Shown here piece after piece: positions 25,480 through 39,295 of a stretch of DNA of 64,000 nt; within the stretch, counting starts at the first letter, position 1, and each line of letters begins with the position of its first letter. A program made the translations under genes and the position numbers. Source of the stretch: Camelus dromedarius. Lineage: Eukaryota. The notes below the pieces were generated by a model. The model did no database searches, was not told where the DNA came from, and saw only the letters and a list, made by a program, of their open reading frames with translations. The DNA lies in NCBI RefSeq assembly GCF_036321535.1, contig NC_087437.1, positions 110,114,001 through 110,178,000 of the forward strand, read 5' to 3'.

Positions 25480-28450
25480 ATTAGGAAGTTTCCCTCATTT
25501 GCAGTGCTGGGGGACAATTTATAGAACATCTAAATATTTTATCTCTGAAGATTAGGTAGAATTTTCCAGAGTAAGTATTTGAATCTGCAATATTTTGTGA
25601 GGTGTTTCTGTAATGATTTTCTCTGCTTCTTCTAAGCAAATCAGAATCTTAATTTCTAAATGCAATGTGTCAATTTTGGTAATCTACATGGTCATCTATA
25701 TTCTCCTAGGAAATTCTCCATTGCATCTAGGTTTCAAATTCATATCCATAAAGATCTACAAAGTAGATTCATATAATTTTTAAGACCTCATTTCCTTGTT
25801 TATCTTTTGTTATTTGTAATTTTGTATATACTTCTTTTTCATTTTTTCCCCTTGATTAAATTAGCAAGTGATTTATAAACGTTAATCTTTACAAATAGTA
25901 ACATTTTGACTCATTTAAATTCTATTGCTTTTTTTCTATTTTCTACTTCATTAATTTCTGCTTCACTATTTATCACTTCCTTGAATTTCTTTTGATTTAC
26001 TTAATTGGTTTTTTAAAGGCTTTTTTAAACTGGGATTTCAACTTATTTGCATTACTTCTTTCATTTTCACTGACAAAAATGTTTAGTGTTACAAATTTTT
26101 CTCTAATTACTGCCTGAAATTTTTTCATAGATTCTGTTAAGTACTATTTCTATTACCATTATTTACTTTGAAATTCTATAATTGCATACTGTATTTTCTT
26201 TTCCACTGGAACATTGTTTAATCAAAGATTTACTCTCCAGATGAACAGGATTTTCCATCTTTTGCTTTTGTTAGCAATTCTAGCTTTATTGCATAGCAAC
26301 CAGAAAATGTTTTCTGCAGTATCTCTACATTAAGAACATACTAATTTTTTTCTTTCTGATTATTTTTTGTATATTTTCTGTGGAAGATTGAGAAGAAGGT
26401 TTATTTTCTACTAACAGCATATAGATGGATATGCATCCATAAAACCTACCTTATTAATTAAATTTTTAGGTGCTCTCTCATTTTACTTATTCTTTCTACT
26501 AGATCTGTTTGTTCAGGGAGTGGTATATTACAGTTGTTCATTATTAATGTTTTTCTATCTACATCTTGATGCATAAATAGATAAGTAGGTAGATATACAG
26601 ATAGAAAGAAAGGTAAGCACTATTCATAAAGATGATTTCTGTGTTTGGGGTTCTTACATAAATACTCATAAGTACAATATATCTCATATTAGACATTGCT
26701 TTGGAGAATACATTTGAGTCAATTTTCTAGACTACTACCATTTTCTTTACTTACCCATAAAATCACTGTTTAAATATTTAATAGAATTTATCATTGGAGA
26801 CATCTGAACCTTGAGTTTATTTTGTGGAAAGTTGTTTTTAATTATGAATTCATTTTCTTTATTAGATTTAGTGCTATTCAGATTCACTTGACTGAGTTTT
26901 GGGAATTTTTGTATTTAAAGGAAACTTTTCATTTCATACATGTTGTGGAATTTATTGGCATAACATCCTTCATATTATCTGCTTATTTTTAGAGTCTGTT
27001 GGATTTAAAAGGTGGTGATTCTACCATTCTTCAGGTTGGTGATTTGTATTCTCTCTCCTGCATTCTTGATACATTTGTCTAGAATTTATCAATTTGACCT
27101 ATTCAAAGCACCAACATTATGTGTTATTGATTTCTTTATAGTTTGCTTTTTTCCTTTTCAATTGATTTCACTAATGTCTCTATTTTCTTTCATTCTTCCT
27201 ACTTTATCTTCAATTTTCTCTTTCTTTCTAGCTTTTTCAATAATCTTAGAGCATTGATTTTAAAATGCCCATTTTTGTAATATAATTGTTTAAAGCTACA
27301 AATTTCCCTCTAGTCACTTCTTCATTGTTAAGCCATATATTTGGTATGTTGCATTTATTTATTAACTGATTTGGAAGATTTTCAAATCTGACATGTGATT
27401 CTTTTTTGATTCATATGCTATTTGAAGGGAGTTGTTTTCAAATTCAGGAAGACCCTGTCCTTATGTACCTGAGACTCTCCTGTCCTCTCCAAGAGTCATC
27501 TCGGGAGTGAGGGAGATAAGTGAAGAATCTCACTGTGCCACCAGCCCACCAGAAGAGACACAGGACATAGGCTGGTGAAATTTCTTCTACATTTTCAGGC
27601 AGCAATGTCAGAGACCAGTAGGACAACCAGTGGTCAAGATAAACCAAACAGACCAAAATAACACTGCAAAAATTCTGAAAATTATGAATCATAGCTCACA
27701 AGACCTATGAGCTAAACCTGAACAGGGTGACTACCTGCTTTAAAAAAAAGATTCAAATATAACAATGATGCTCCTAATAGGTGAAATTTCTATTAAACCA
27801 TCATACCAAGATTCCAGAAAATTACAACTGGAGTGAGAAAAGATAATGAACTAACCCTAACTCTAAGATAATAAAATTTTCACATTATTGGACACAGATT
27901 TTAGAGTAGCTATCATAAAAGTGTTTCAATAATCAAATTCTCTTGAAACACACACACAAATATACACATATATATATTTATGAAACGCAAACCACTACCA
28001 TTGAAAAGCTGGAGTTGGATATAACAATATCAGATTAAATAGACTTTAAAACAAATAATTTTAAGAATGATATAGATGGATATTTTATATGATAAATGGG
28101 CAATCTCCTAAGAAAATACAACAATTTAAATTTCATATGTACCCAACAAAGCTCCAATATTCACAAATCAAAGATGGACAGAATTGAAAGGAGAAAGAGA
28201 CACAATAATAATAGTTGGAGTTTCCAATATCTCATTTTGAATAATAGATAGAACAACTATACAAAAGCTCATGGTATAAATAGTTGAAGAACACTATAAA
28301 CGAACTAGACCTAGCACATTTCTAGTGAATACTCTACTACAAGGGAATTCAAATTTCTCTCAAGTACACACGTGGAACATTCTTCAAGATAGGCCATATG
28401 TTTGGCCAAGAAGAGCCAATGAACCTTTAAAAAATGAAATCATATGTAGT
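25480..28450. mobile_element. Old L1 fragments in both orientations (homologues ~43070-45980, ~52270-55370)
   Basis: Antisense L1 ORF2-like text at ~26750-27440 (aaatttccctctagtcact; gttgcatttatt). Sense endonuclease-region text at ~27990-28450 (atcagattaaatagactttaaa; atagttggag; ggaacattcttcaagataggccatatg). Confidence 0.6.
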
Positions 28451-29699
28451 CAAATGTGTATACTGCTTTCAATAGATGAAGAAAATCATATCCACATAAT
28501 TCTCCCCTCCAGATGCTTCCAGAAAACATGCATTTGGGGCAGGTTAAGATCTTGTCAAGTCTCACACTTTGATCTGTATTCAGAAAGTCATTGTATATGA
28601 ACTCATTTTCAGTCTTAGCTACCACAAACTCTAGCATTAGTTACTAAAAAATTAATAGATATTATTGATTTATATTTCATTATTATTCATATTATTACTA
28701 ATGCTTAATAATAATAAATGAAGTGAATTAAGTAAAGTTACTATAAACTGCTTTACAGAACATTACCCAGACTACCAGGATCAGGGATACACTTTTCAGC
28801 CTCTGTTCTAGATCAGACTGTGTTTGCATTATTTTAGTCTACCAAAGCCACTGCCTTCTAGTGAAGTATAACAGTTCTCTTTCCAAAAGGCAAGCAGAAA
28901 CTGATACTTTGAAAGTTTCACTGAAACAAATCCCAAATTCTGTATTTCCCTGTGACAGTGTGAGAGTGAAAGAAAGCTCTCTATGCAGCCACAATGTATA
29001 AGATGAGATCAAAAATATATTGTCAATGAGAAAAGAATAACAATAATATAAAATATAGAAGAAAAATTACATCTCCCTATAAGCATATTAAAATAGCAAG
29101 AATCCAGAAAAAATAAAATACTTAATAATTAGCACAAAATGGTGAAAAGAGAGCTACTACTTTGCCAATATCTTTAGTCAAACTTAAGTTGATCAAGGAT
29201 AGGACTTTGATGATATCAAAATATATAATAGTAGCCCTTGGACATCCTTACAAAAACATGTTAGGGAAAGCACTGGTTGAATATAATCATCTTCATACCA
29301 AAATTGTCTACTATAGATGGTAAAAGGTTCAGCCACCTCACACACCCACACATTTACACAAAATCACAAGAAAGAAAGAAAAATAAATACACATGTAACT
29401 GGTATAGGTGTGAAAACAGAGTATCTTTAATGAAAAATGAGTTTAGACATTTTCCCAAGTGAAAAGGTCAAACATTGTTTGCATTCAATCATATAATATT
29501 AACATGGATTAAATGAATAAATTTCTAAATTGTTGGAAACTCAGGCTGTTCCATCGAAAAAGATCTGATGTTGCATGGTAGTCTAAAATTCAGTAATGAT
29601 TGTTGAACAAACTAGAACATCCTTGTTATAATTAGTGCAGGAGGTACACATGATGCCTCATCAGAGAACATCCCGTACCAATTAGCCATCTAGAACTAC

Positions 29700-29867
29700 T
29701 CAGAAGAAGCCAGAAGACCAGTATCTTCCACAGCAGCATGGGCGGTAGCAAGAATATCCATAGCCACCATAGCCACATCCATAGCCACCGTAGCCACATC
29801 CATAGCCACATCCCAGGCCACCATAGCCATAGCCCAGGCCACCATAGTAGTTGTTGTAGAAGCTCAT
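29700..29867 (-). CDS. KRTAP22-1: KRTAP22-1-like, copy B, 55 aa (7-aa internal duplication)
   Basis: Manual reverse-strand translation: [62 protein letters not shown] at 29944-29950 (minus). Missed by the ORF track. Confidence 0.9.
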   Translation of the reverse strand: MSFYNNYYGGLGYGYGGLGCGYGCGYGGYGCGYGGYGYSCYRPCCCGRYWSSGFF

Positions 29868-30788
29868 TATGTGAGAAGAAGGAGTCTCAGTTGAAGGGTA
29901 GAGTTAGTTTCAAGAGTTTTAATTTTATAGTCTGCACAGGGCCTTATATACCAAGTGGTATGTGGGGCAAACCACAAGCTCTGTTGTATTCATATTCCAA
30001 ACTAATTGGCATTAAAACTATCTCAGGAATTCCTCATAACAAATATATCCAACATAAGACATCTGTGCTGTGTGTCATGGTGCCTATCATGAAATCATAT
30101 GTTTTAATGAGAAATTCTGCTATTTCAATGTTAAACTATTTTACTAGCAACCATGAGAGCATATGACACATGCAGATTCAACACATTAAAAATCCTAGTT
30201 TTATTTTTAATAATATCCTCCTTCAATTTTCATATATGCATCCTTGGGAATAAAAGTGTGGTTTCAAAGTAGTAGAGAATAATGGAAAGTTTGTGAAGTA
30301 GACTTGTTAAAAGACATCCAGAAGATATAGAGAAGACATAATAGAGTTTATTTATAAATGAATGATTAATGCATTTTTATTAATTTTGTAGACCAATATT
30401 ACTCACTTTGATTTATACTTCATATATACATATGAAGGACACTAAGAATATATATACATATATTGAGGACACTATATATGTATATATGTTTTTGTATATG
30501 ATCAAAAGCCATGATTGAATCCCTGAGGTTTAAAGCCATGAACTATAGTTATATAGAAATAGAAGGATTTATTTTATTAGTAGTTTGAGCTTAAAAAAAT
30601 CTATTCCAGATACTCTCAAAGATTTACTGACATCATGAAAGTCCTGCTATGACACAGTGAAATAAACATGTCTCTTTGGTATCTTGTCTAAAATGTATAA
30701 CCCCAACTTTCTTATGAGAATACAGACAGACCCAAATTAAAGAACATACAACAAAACATTTGGCCCTTTGAAATTGTCAATGACTTTA

Positions 30789-30978
30789 TTTTTTTTAACA
30801 TTTTTTATTGATTTATAATCATTTTACAATGTTGTGTCAAATTCCAGTGTAGAGCACAATTTTTCAGTTATACATGAACATGTATATTCATTGTCACATT
30901 TTTTTCTCTGTGAGCCTCTACAAGATCTTGTATATATTTCCCTGTGCTATACAGTATAATCTTGTTTATCTGTTCCCA
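30789..30978 (-). mobile_element. Young 5'-truncated L1 3' end (~190 bp)
   Basis: T-tract followed by L1 3'UTR-type sequence (tttacaatgttgtgtcaaattccagtgtagagcac...ccctgtgctatacagta). 13-bp TSD GTCAATG(A/C)CTTTA at 30776-30788 and 30979-30991. Empty sites at ~48244 and ~57612. Confidence 0.85.
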
Positions 30979-33900
30979 GTCAATGCCTTTAAAGTTAAAG
31001 AAAGACTGAGAAACTCTCACCAACTGGAGGACACTAAGAATAAGACAATCAAAAGACATGTGGGAATCTTGAACTGGATCCTGGAACAGCAGGAAAATTA
31101 TGAAATTCAAATAAACTTTATAGATTACTAGAGAATATTGTACAAGGTTGATTTTTTAAAATTTTACTTGGTTGTGAAAAAATCAACAAAGGTATAACTG
31201 AGTACAGGGTATGTTTTTTGAAACTTTGATAACTCTAAAATTATTTCAAAATAAAGAAGGAGATGTTTTAGATGCTCCTTTATTGTATTGATTTGGTCAT
31301 TTATTAATTCTTTCCTACATCAAAATTAAGAATTAGTTGTAGGTTAGGGATCATTATGAGCACAGAGGATGGTACAGTGAACAGAACAGACAAGAACCCC
31401 ATTGCTGTGGAGTTTATACTCTGGACTAAGCAAGGGCAGTAAATGAAGGTAGACATTTGAAGGCAAATTCTCAAAGTGAATGAGATAATTTCTAATAGTT
31501 ATGAGTCTATTTAAATAATAAGTCAAGACAAGGTAAGGTAAATTTAAAGATTATTGGTGAGAGATTACTTCAAGATGGATGTTCAGGGAAATCCTCTCTG
31601 AGAGATCCAAGGGAAGAGAAGGTTCTAGCTTTATGCTCTTACTTTCAGAGGATCAGTAACTCAAATGCAAAGGCTTTAAGTTGGAAACAGACTTGGTACA
31701 CCTGGAGAGCAGAAAGGTCACTGATTCATATGAAAGTTAATGGGAACCATAGGAAAGGAAGAGTGTTATTAGATGGGCTCATAGATGTACTCAAGACTAT
31801 AAACAAGCAGACTATCAAAGCTGCACTTTCTATGCTTTGACTTGCCAGATACAGAAAATACAAATATTAGAAACTCAGATACATTGGATTTTCAGATAAA
31901 CATTTTTTATATAAGCAAATTCCATTAAATATTTGGGAAACTCAATATTCTGAATTTCAAAATTCTTAAATTCAAATTTAACTGAGTGTCTGATATAATC
32001 CAGCAATTTTAATGCAAGAAGGCACTGTGAGAGTCCTGATCTGAAGTTTATGTCTTGCATGATTTAAGATGTAGAAAAGTGTTGTGGGGGGAACATTCAG
32101 GGTTATGAAGAATCATGAACTCAGTTTCAGTTTGTAAAAATGTTTAATGACAATTAACAACCTAAGAAAATGTCAAATGATCATTTGGATAAATAACAGA
32201 CTTAGAAAGGTGAATTGAGCTTAACTGCCTAAGGTAACATTTCCAAAGTAATCCATCCCAAGAGATTTTAAATAGAAACTGTAAGAGGGGCAAGCAGCTA
32301 GCTGGGCACCCTCACATTTGAGAAGAAAATCTGAAGAAAAATAATGAGATAGGATACTGAAAAGGAGCAGCTGGAGACATTGTAATTAAACCAAATGTGA
32401 GTGGTAGGGTGCAAGTAAGGATTGTAGAGTTTTTCAGGAATGAAAAGGGAAGCTGGTGAAGGTGAGTGTTACTCAGAGTCTTGGTAAAATGAAGACAGAA
32501 CCTCTAGATTTGGCCTTGAGGTGTCAATGATCCCTGCAGGAGCACTTTTAGTAGAGTGATGGGGATGAAAGTCCAAACGGTGTGAGAAAAGGAATAAAGA
32601 GAGAATAGAAAGTAACCATGGAAATACTTACGATGTTTTGCAAGGGAAGTAGAAAATGGAATATTAGCTGGAGAGGATTGAAGAGACAAAGAGTTTTTTT
32701 GTTCTACTTTTGATTGGAATGTATTTAAGAACAGTATATTGTTCAGAAAATCACAGCAGAAAAAAACATTTTTCAGGGAATCTCATTGGGTGCAATTCCC
32801 CCTGTTATGACTGGAGAGAGGAATGTGATTCTTTAGAAGAAACGAATTAACTCCACAAAATAAATTCTATGGATAAACAACCTACTAAATGTTATTAGGG
32901 ACACTGTTTTGTACAAAATAATAATGTCTTTTATGACTACTTTAATCAAATATCCCTCCCCCGCCAAAAAAAAAGTCAATTATAGTCTTTTTTTAATTGA
33001 ATAAGGCAATTTAATCATACTAATTTCAAGTGATGTTCTAAGAACTTAGCCTAGAGGAAGATTGATCATCATGTTATTTAAATAAGATTTTACTGGAAAC
33101 TTATTTTAAGTTATCCCTTGATTGACCTTGCATTGTGATAGTTGAGGCTGTTTTTATTTTCTGTATGGGAAATTTGAAAATGATATAGTAATGATGTTTT
33201 GTAAATCTAATATTTCAACCCAGCTAATGATGAATAAAAGTCACAATACTGTATCTACTTTTTAAAAATGAACCTATCAAATACACACATGGAACATTCA
33301 AAAACACATATTGGTTGACTAGGTGAATGCATTAGGTCAGACCCTTAGTGTAAAATCCAAAGAAGCATTTTTTGACTTACTAGACATAATTCTCAAGACA
33401 GATGAAATGGAATATTTTAAAAAATCTTGTGGCTTCATGTTTATGATCTCCAGAGAAGAAATGACTAAAATACAGGGGATGCCCTACATTTTCTATTCTC
33501 TGTCCCTTTCTAAGGTTATGAGAAGATATGTAAGAATAATATTTTGACTCAGAAATATCATTAGAATAACAGAAACCTACTGATAGATTACACATGTATT
33601 TGTGGATAATGCCACCTCTCTACGTATATTCTCTTAAAGATACAAAGTATATTTTAACTGTAATATGAACTAGTCTCACTTTTCTGGTGCCTCCTAATGG
33701 GAGGATTATCTCATTAACTTGAAAAAAGATGGTAATAATGCTAGGGCTATGCAAGAGAATTCAGTGTGACTGGTACAAGGTGAGTAATGATTGGACAGAT
33801 TGATGAAGGACCAGACCTCTATTCATCACACTGATAAATGTAGATATATGATGTTACTCTATTGGTTACTTAGAATATAATTCTAATATTAATGAGAAAG

Positions 33901-34649
33901 CTAACTAATTTGTATAAATGTGTACTCAATTTAGAAAAACAAAGTGGAGAAATTGGATTCCAAGGAATCACTTCTGTTTTGCAGTCCTCCAGTGGAAATT
34001 GAACAAAAAGTGTTTATACTCATCAGCATAAGTAAAAAAGTACAATACATTTTGCCCAGACTTTTTTTTTGGAAATTTTAATTAATTGGATTATTATCAA
34101 CATCATGGGATTGAAAGACACACTATGCTTTCAATATAGAAAAGAAACTGAATCCCTAAAGAAGATAATTAATTTGCATCAAGAAGAGAAAAATCCACAA
34201 GTCAAAAGAAGTGTTGGTATTATGAAAATTTAAAAAAAAATAGTGAAACTAACTGGGACCAAGAGCAAATAAGAGTGAGACTAACAAATGTCATCTCTCT
34301 TCATATAAAGGATGGTTCCAAGAGGTAAGATGAACTTGTAATTGGGGGCAGGACTGTGTAGGTGGGAGTGGGTTCTCCTCTCATTGAAACCCTCAATTGG
34401 ATGAGTCCCAACTGAGAAACCAAGACAGCAAGCACCCTGAATTTCTCTGAAGCTTTATCTTATGGTTGAGGAACAACAAACTAATTAGATTACTCATAAA
34501 GTTTGGCAACGTCATGAAGGTGTGGAGGGTCACACCCACACTGAGGACTTATAAAAGGTCCTCTGCAGGGAGACATGTCCACCCTGAAGTGACACTTCTA
34601 CTCTCCTTCTACCCAAGGACAACCTCAACCCAAAACCAACACCAACACC

Positions 34650-34871
34650 ATGTGTGGCTACTACGGAAACTACTATGGGGGCCGTGGCTATGGCTGCTGT
34701 GGCTACGGAGGCCTTGGCTGCGGCTACGGGTCCTGCTATGGCTGTGGCTTCCACAGATTGGGCTGTGGCTATGGCTGTGGCTATGGCTTTGGCTCCCGCT
34801 CTCTCTGTGGCTGTGGCTTTGGGTGTGGCTCTGGCTCTGGCTCTGGCTCTGGCTTTGGCTACTACTATTGA
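34650..34871 (+). CDS. KRTAP6: Keratin-associated protein 6 family, copy 3, 73 aa
   Basis: ORF track protein [17 protein letters not shown]...GFHRLGC...GSRSLCG...[21 protein letters not shown] at 34550 and AATAAA at 35139 and 35162. Confidence 0.95.
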   Translation: MCGYYGNYYGGRGYGCCGYGGLGCGYGSCYGCGFHRLGCGYGCGYGFGSRSLCGCGFGCGSGSGSGSGFGYYY

Positions 34872-37800
34872 GGGCACCATGGAAGACTCTCATCCTCTCC
34901 ACCTGGACCTCAGGATTCCCCAGTTCTGAATCCCTCATGTTCTGAGTCTTCTTGAAGACTTGCCTTCCTGTGTCCTTGGATCTAATACACCAACCTTTCC
35001 CTTTCTGTATTTAACTCCTAAAAAAGTGGAAGAATGTGAAATTCATTTGAGAACTCTATTCATGGTCTCTCATTGGAATGATGCCATCACAGAAACTGCC
35101 TTTTGACTTTCATGCAGGAGCCATTTCTCTATTTTCCTAATAAACCTGTTCAATCTGGAATAATAAACCTATTTCTTTTTTTTTATTTAAAGTGTCATAT
35201 TTGTCATTTTGACTTCCTTTTTCCTTCTTGAACTAAAGGAAATAATTTTCTTACTTAGGGAATATCTTCTTTGAATATTTCTACCAAATCCTTGAATTTG
35301 ACATAAGAAAGCAGAAATCTTATAGCCCTCAGTGTTCTGCTCTGTTAAAGCAGTGATACGTGTTTGTTGGTCTATCATTAGGATTGAAGTTATATTTCCC
35401 AATATAGTTAACTATTGCCTGAAAACACTATGTACTACAAGAGAATTATACTAAAATCTTCCTCTGTGTGAAATCCTTTAGAAAATACAATGTTGATACT
35501 CATTTATCCAATTTTAATCTTAAGTTTAGGTATATTTAAACAAGAGGTGTTTCCTGTTCTTGCCTAGCAGAACAGGTAGAAAAGTTTAAACCTACCCTGC
35601 CTCCACCAAATGTTTAAGTGCCCTGAACTGTGGCTTTATTTTTTTGAAAAAGTGACACCTTTTTTAACATCCAATCCATATTTCAGTTCAGAGCCATTTA
35701 ATGGCATTTGATACTCTTGTTTGTCTTGAAGTTTTTCTTTCCTGTGACTTGTGTAATTTCACAATTGTAGCTGTAATCCTTTGTTTCTCCATAATTTTCT
35801 GGGACTAATGTATCTGTTGACTTGTCAATTATCTCCTCTTGATATGGAATTTCTAGCTCTTGGGTTGGACAGGAATGAATTTAAGTGCTGTATTAATATA
35901 AGATCATGGATATATCGCCATTAATTTTGGTCCAAGGTAGTAAAGTTGAAGCCAAAGAAAGAAGTAAGATCCCTGGAAAGATAAGAAAATAAAGAGACCA
36001 TTTTTTTAAAAGCCATTCTTTTATGAAAACTTGTCTTTCTTGTTTACTTTATATTTGAAGCTTAGGATTTAATGGTATGCTATTTAATTTAATGGCATGC
36101 AAAAATTGGATGGCCTATGCTTGCCCGTCTCAAAAAATTAAAACTAATTTGGCTTGCCTATGGGTTGTAATTATTGAACACAAATAAAATAAATAATGAC
36201 TCAAATTCGATAATAGATCCTTAGTTATAGACTGATAAGATTGTTATTGATTGTAATTTTCCAAAACACATGTCTGAATGTAAGTAAAGTTGGTACACAT
36301 TCTTAGCTGCTCTAACATATTTAACTTGAATCTAAAAGCCACCACTAACAGTCCCAAACATCTCCTTTTTAATCACAATAGCTTGTTCACTTGTCTCAAG
36401 TCTTCACGTTATGAATATTTCCAACTAAAACTGAAATTCAAATGATCCCTTTACATCTTATTCTATTTCACAATTGTGTCTCTTTTTCTTTACAATGAAG
36501 ACTCTGAACTCCAATTACATCACTATATTTACTCTAGTCTACCTTACCCCCAAAATGCACTGTGAATTGCCACATTGAAAACAATACCCATTAGCAGTAT
36601 TTTTAGCATTAGAACGTATCTTACCAAGGATTGTAGAGTATTGTGCTCAACTTTGATGTGAATTAATTTTCTTCCTGAGTAATTAATTATACCAACCATT
36701 TTTTCTATAGAATTATTTTGTTTCTATTTATATTCAATCATAGGTACATTAGTTCTTTTTAAATATGTTGAATGTTTATGTGGTTCAAAAATCAGAATTA
36801 CATAAAAACATATACTCAGAGAATTCTCACTCTATGGTTTACCCCTCCATCCCAATCCCACTCACCACTATATGAAGCATTTTCATTTTTCTCTCCTTAT
36901 TTCAGAAACAAGCATACATTTTATTTATGCTGTATATATTCATTAAGGTATTCTTGTTTACCCCTCTTTATTATTCAAAGGGTGCGTATTTTTTTCACTC
37001 TTTCATTTAATATTTAATCTTTTTTTTGTACTTTTTACTCTTTTTAGCCTCTATGCTCACATTCATTCTTTCAAACAGGAAGCACTTAAATTTAGACATT
37101 AAAAAATGAATCATTGTAGATTCTAGTACTCTAATAATAATACTTTTCTAGATATAAATGTATTTCTCCCAGAATTTAATTTTGAAAAATCTCTGTCCTT
37201 CAGTTAAGTCTCAAAAGAAGCACTGTGAACACATAAATACTGTTCACCTAGATTGATTTGGCAGTTATTAATAGCTTGCTAGTTTTGTTTCCTCTCTGTC
37301 TTGCTGTCTCTCTGTCTCTCCCTCTCTCTCTTTCTCTATTTCTATACACACACATGGATACTCAAAACATTATTCCTGAAACATTTGAAAATACGTTGCA
37401 GACTTCATGACACTTCATACTGAAATGAATAGTATAGCTCCACACTTAACCACAATTCCATTATCACAAAAATAAATATAGCTTTTATACAATACTATTG
37501 TCTCATTCATAAACCTTGTCCAATATTTCTCCAATTGTTTTTATAACATTTATTTTTGATATAGAATAAAATTAATGGGAATTACCACATTTTGCAGTTA
37601 TGGTCTGTTGTAATCTAGCATTTCATGAAGTCTAGAACATTTCCCCAGACTTTTATTATTTCATGATGTTAACACTACAAGACAATTATTTACTAAAATA
37701 TGTCACAATCTGCTTTTTTCTGATTGTATAAACTATAATATTTGTATATTTCATAAATAAATATTTTTAAGACAAAGATTAAAATCATTAGATATGTGAA

Positions 37801-38059
37801 AAATTAAGAAAGTGATGGTTCAATCAAGCATTGAGTGGGTAACTGTGTGTTCTACAACAAAGTCTAAGAACAAAATTAAACATATGAAGCATGAACAATG
37901 TATCATTGAGAGCTCTGTTTAAGAGGTAGATCACTTAAAGACTTTAATAGTAATTTTTTTTTATATTTTTGACTGGATTGATCCCAAAACATGTATATTT
38001 TATTTAAATGTTGTGCATTCAACTTTGGTAGCCGTCTTCTGAAATTATTTTGTACAGTA

Positions 38060-38450
38060 GTACTCCATAGAATACTGTGATATCCAACCCATCCCCCCTT
38101 CAACAATGAAGAAATTGCAGTACAGCTGCTGACAGCATTCCAGGCAGAATGCCATCAGCTGACAGCCCATCAAAGGAACTGCCTCAGTGGAAAAGCACCT
38201 CTCTCAAGAGGTCATGTCCACTTCCTGCAGCCAGCCCATGATGACTGATTGGTGTAAGGTATAGTAACACACCTTGCTCGAACCCAGCAACTCTTGGGAC
38301 ATCTCAACTTCAGAGTCTCCAGACAATTCTCTGAGGTCTCCACTGAGCCTACAGCCAACTAAACTTTCCCCTCTGTCTGAGTCTGCTTTCTTCCCTTTGT
38401 TTTCATAATACTCATCCATGAATCAATTACTCCTATAAAGCTTTCATAGA
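38060..38450 (+). mobile_element. LTR16-like (ERVL) solo LTR
   Basis: Motifs cagctgacagccc...ctgcctcag...agaggtcatg...tgactgattgg...tctgctttcttccc in a GC-elevated island. Confidence 0.5.
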
Positions 38451-39129
38451 AAAACAATTTAATCCAGGATCATGCTATGGATCCAGTTGTCATGCTGTCT
38501 AGTCTTTTCCATAACCTTAATATTTTTGTAGATTATAGGAGATTTTTTCTGTTAGAATATTCCACAGTTTGGACTTGTCAAAAGTTTCCTACTAATTAGA
38601 ACAAAGTTAGGCATTTTATCAAGTAAATAAAGGAAGTAATTATGTTTGGTTTTATTGTATCCTTCAGGTAGGCACTTGCAGGTGATGTCTTCCACCAGTG
38701 ATAGTTAATGTTGTCACTTGATCAATATGTTGAGAACCAGATTTCTCTGCTTGAAAGTTACTTTTATTATTCTTTTAGCAATTAAAAAGTATTTTCGTAG
38801 AGATATTTTGTGAATATATAAGTATTCCACTCATATTCCAAAGCTTACCCCTACTCCTACCATTTGTTTTTCTTTCTTGCCTCAATTATTTATTACGATG
38901 ATGAATTGCAAATATTGACTTTTCCGATTTTCATTATTTTTTCTCAAATATATTAACTGGCATTCTACCTCAAGCAAGTTTTACTTTCCACTTGATTTTT
39001 CATTTATTTATACCAGTCTAAATTCATGGATTTCTATTATAAATAATCCATTATCATTATAATAGGGGTAGCAACTCTCAGACTCTCTCATCAGCTGGAA
39101 TGTGTATATAATTATAGTGCACTAAGATT

Positions 39130-39295
39130 TAGGTCACGCCTATGATGTTGGGCGAATTGTGTAACTCCTTTGACCTTGGCATTCTTACATAAAATTTACA
39201 AACTATTCTCAGATTTTTATGAGAATTAAACATGTTAAAATATGCAAAGCATTTAGAACATGCCTGGGGTTTAATAAATGTTTCATATGTGTTAT
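39130..39295 (+). mobile_element. MIR SINE fragment
   Basis: Core motif ttatgagaattaaa...aatatgcaaagcatttagaacatgcctgg. Confidence 0.55.

Larger units (their letters stand above)
24731..34871 (+). repeat. Segmental duplication unit 2
   Basis: Colinear with units 1, 3 and 4. An example anchor, ttttgactcagaaatatca, occurs at ~33542, ~50204 and ~58879, with a variant at ~23528. Confidence 0.9.

Noticed and set aside
33323..33595. Recurring ORFs in the divergent spacer (also 50023-50223 and 58668-58898)
   Set aside because: Non-ATG starts, variable ends and no recognisable protein features.
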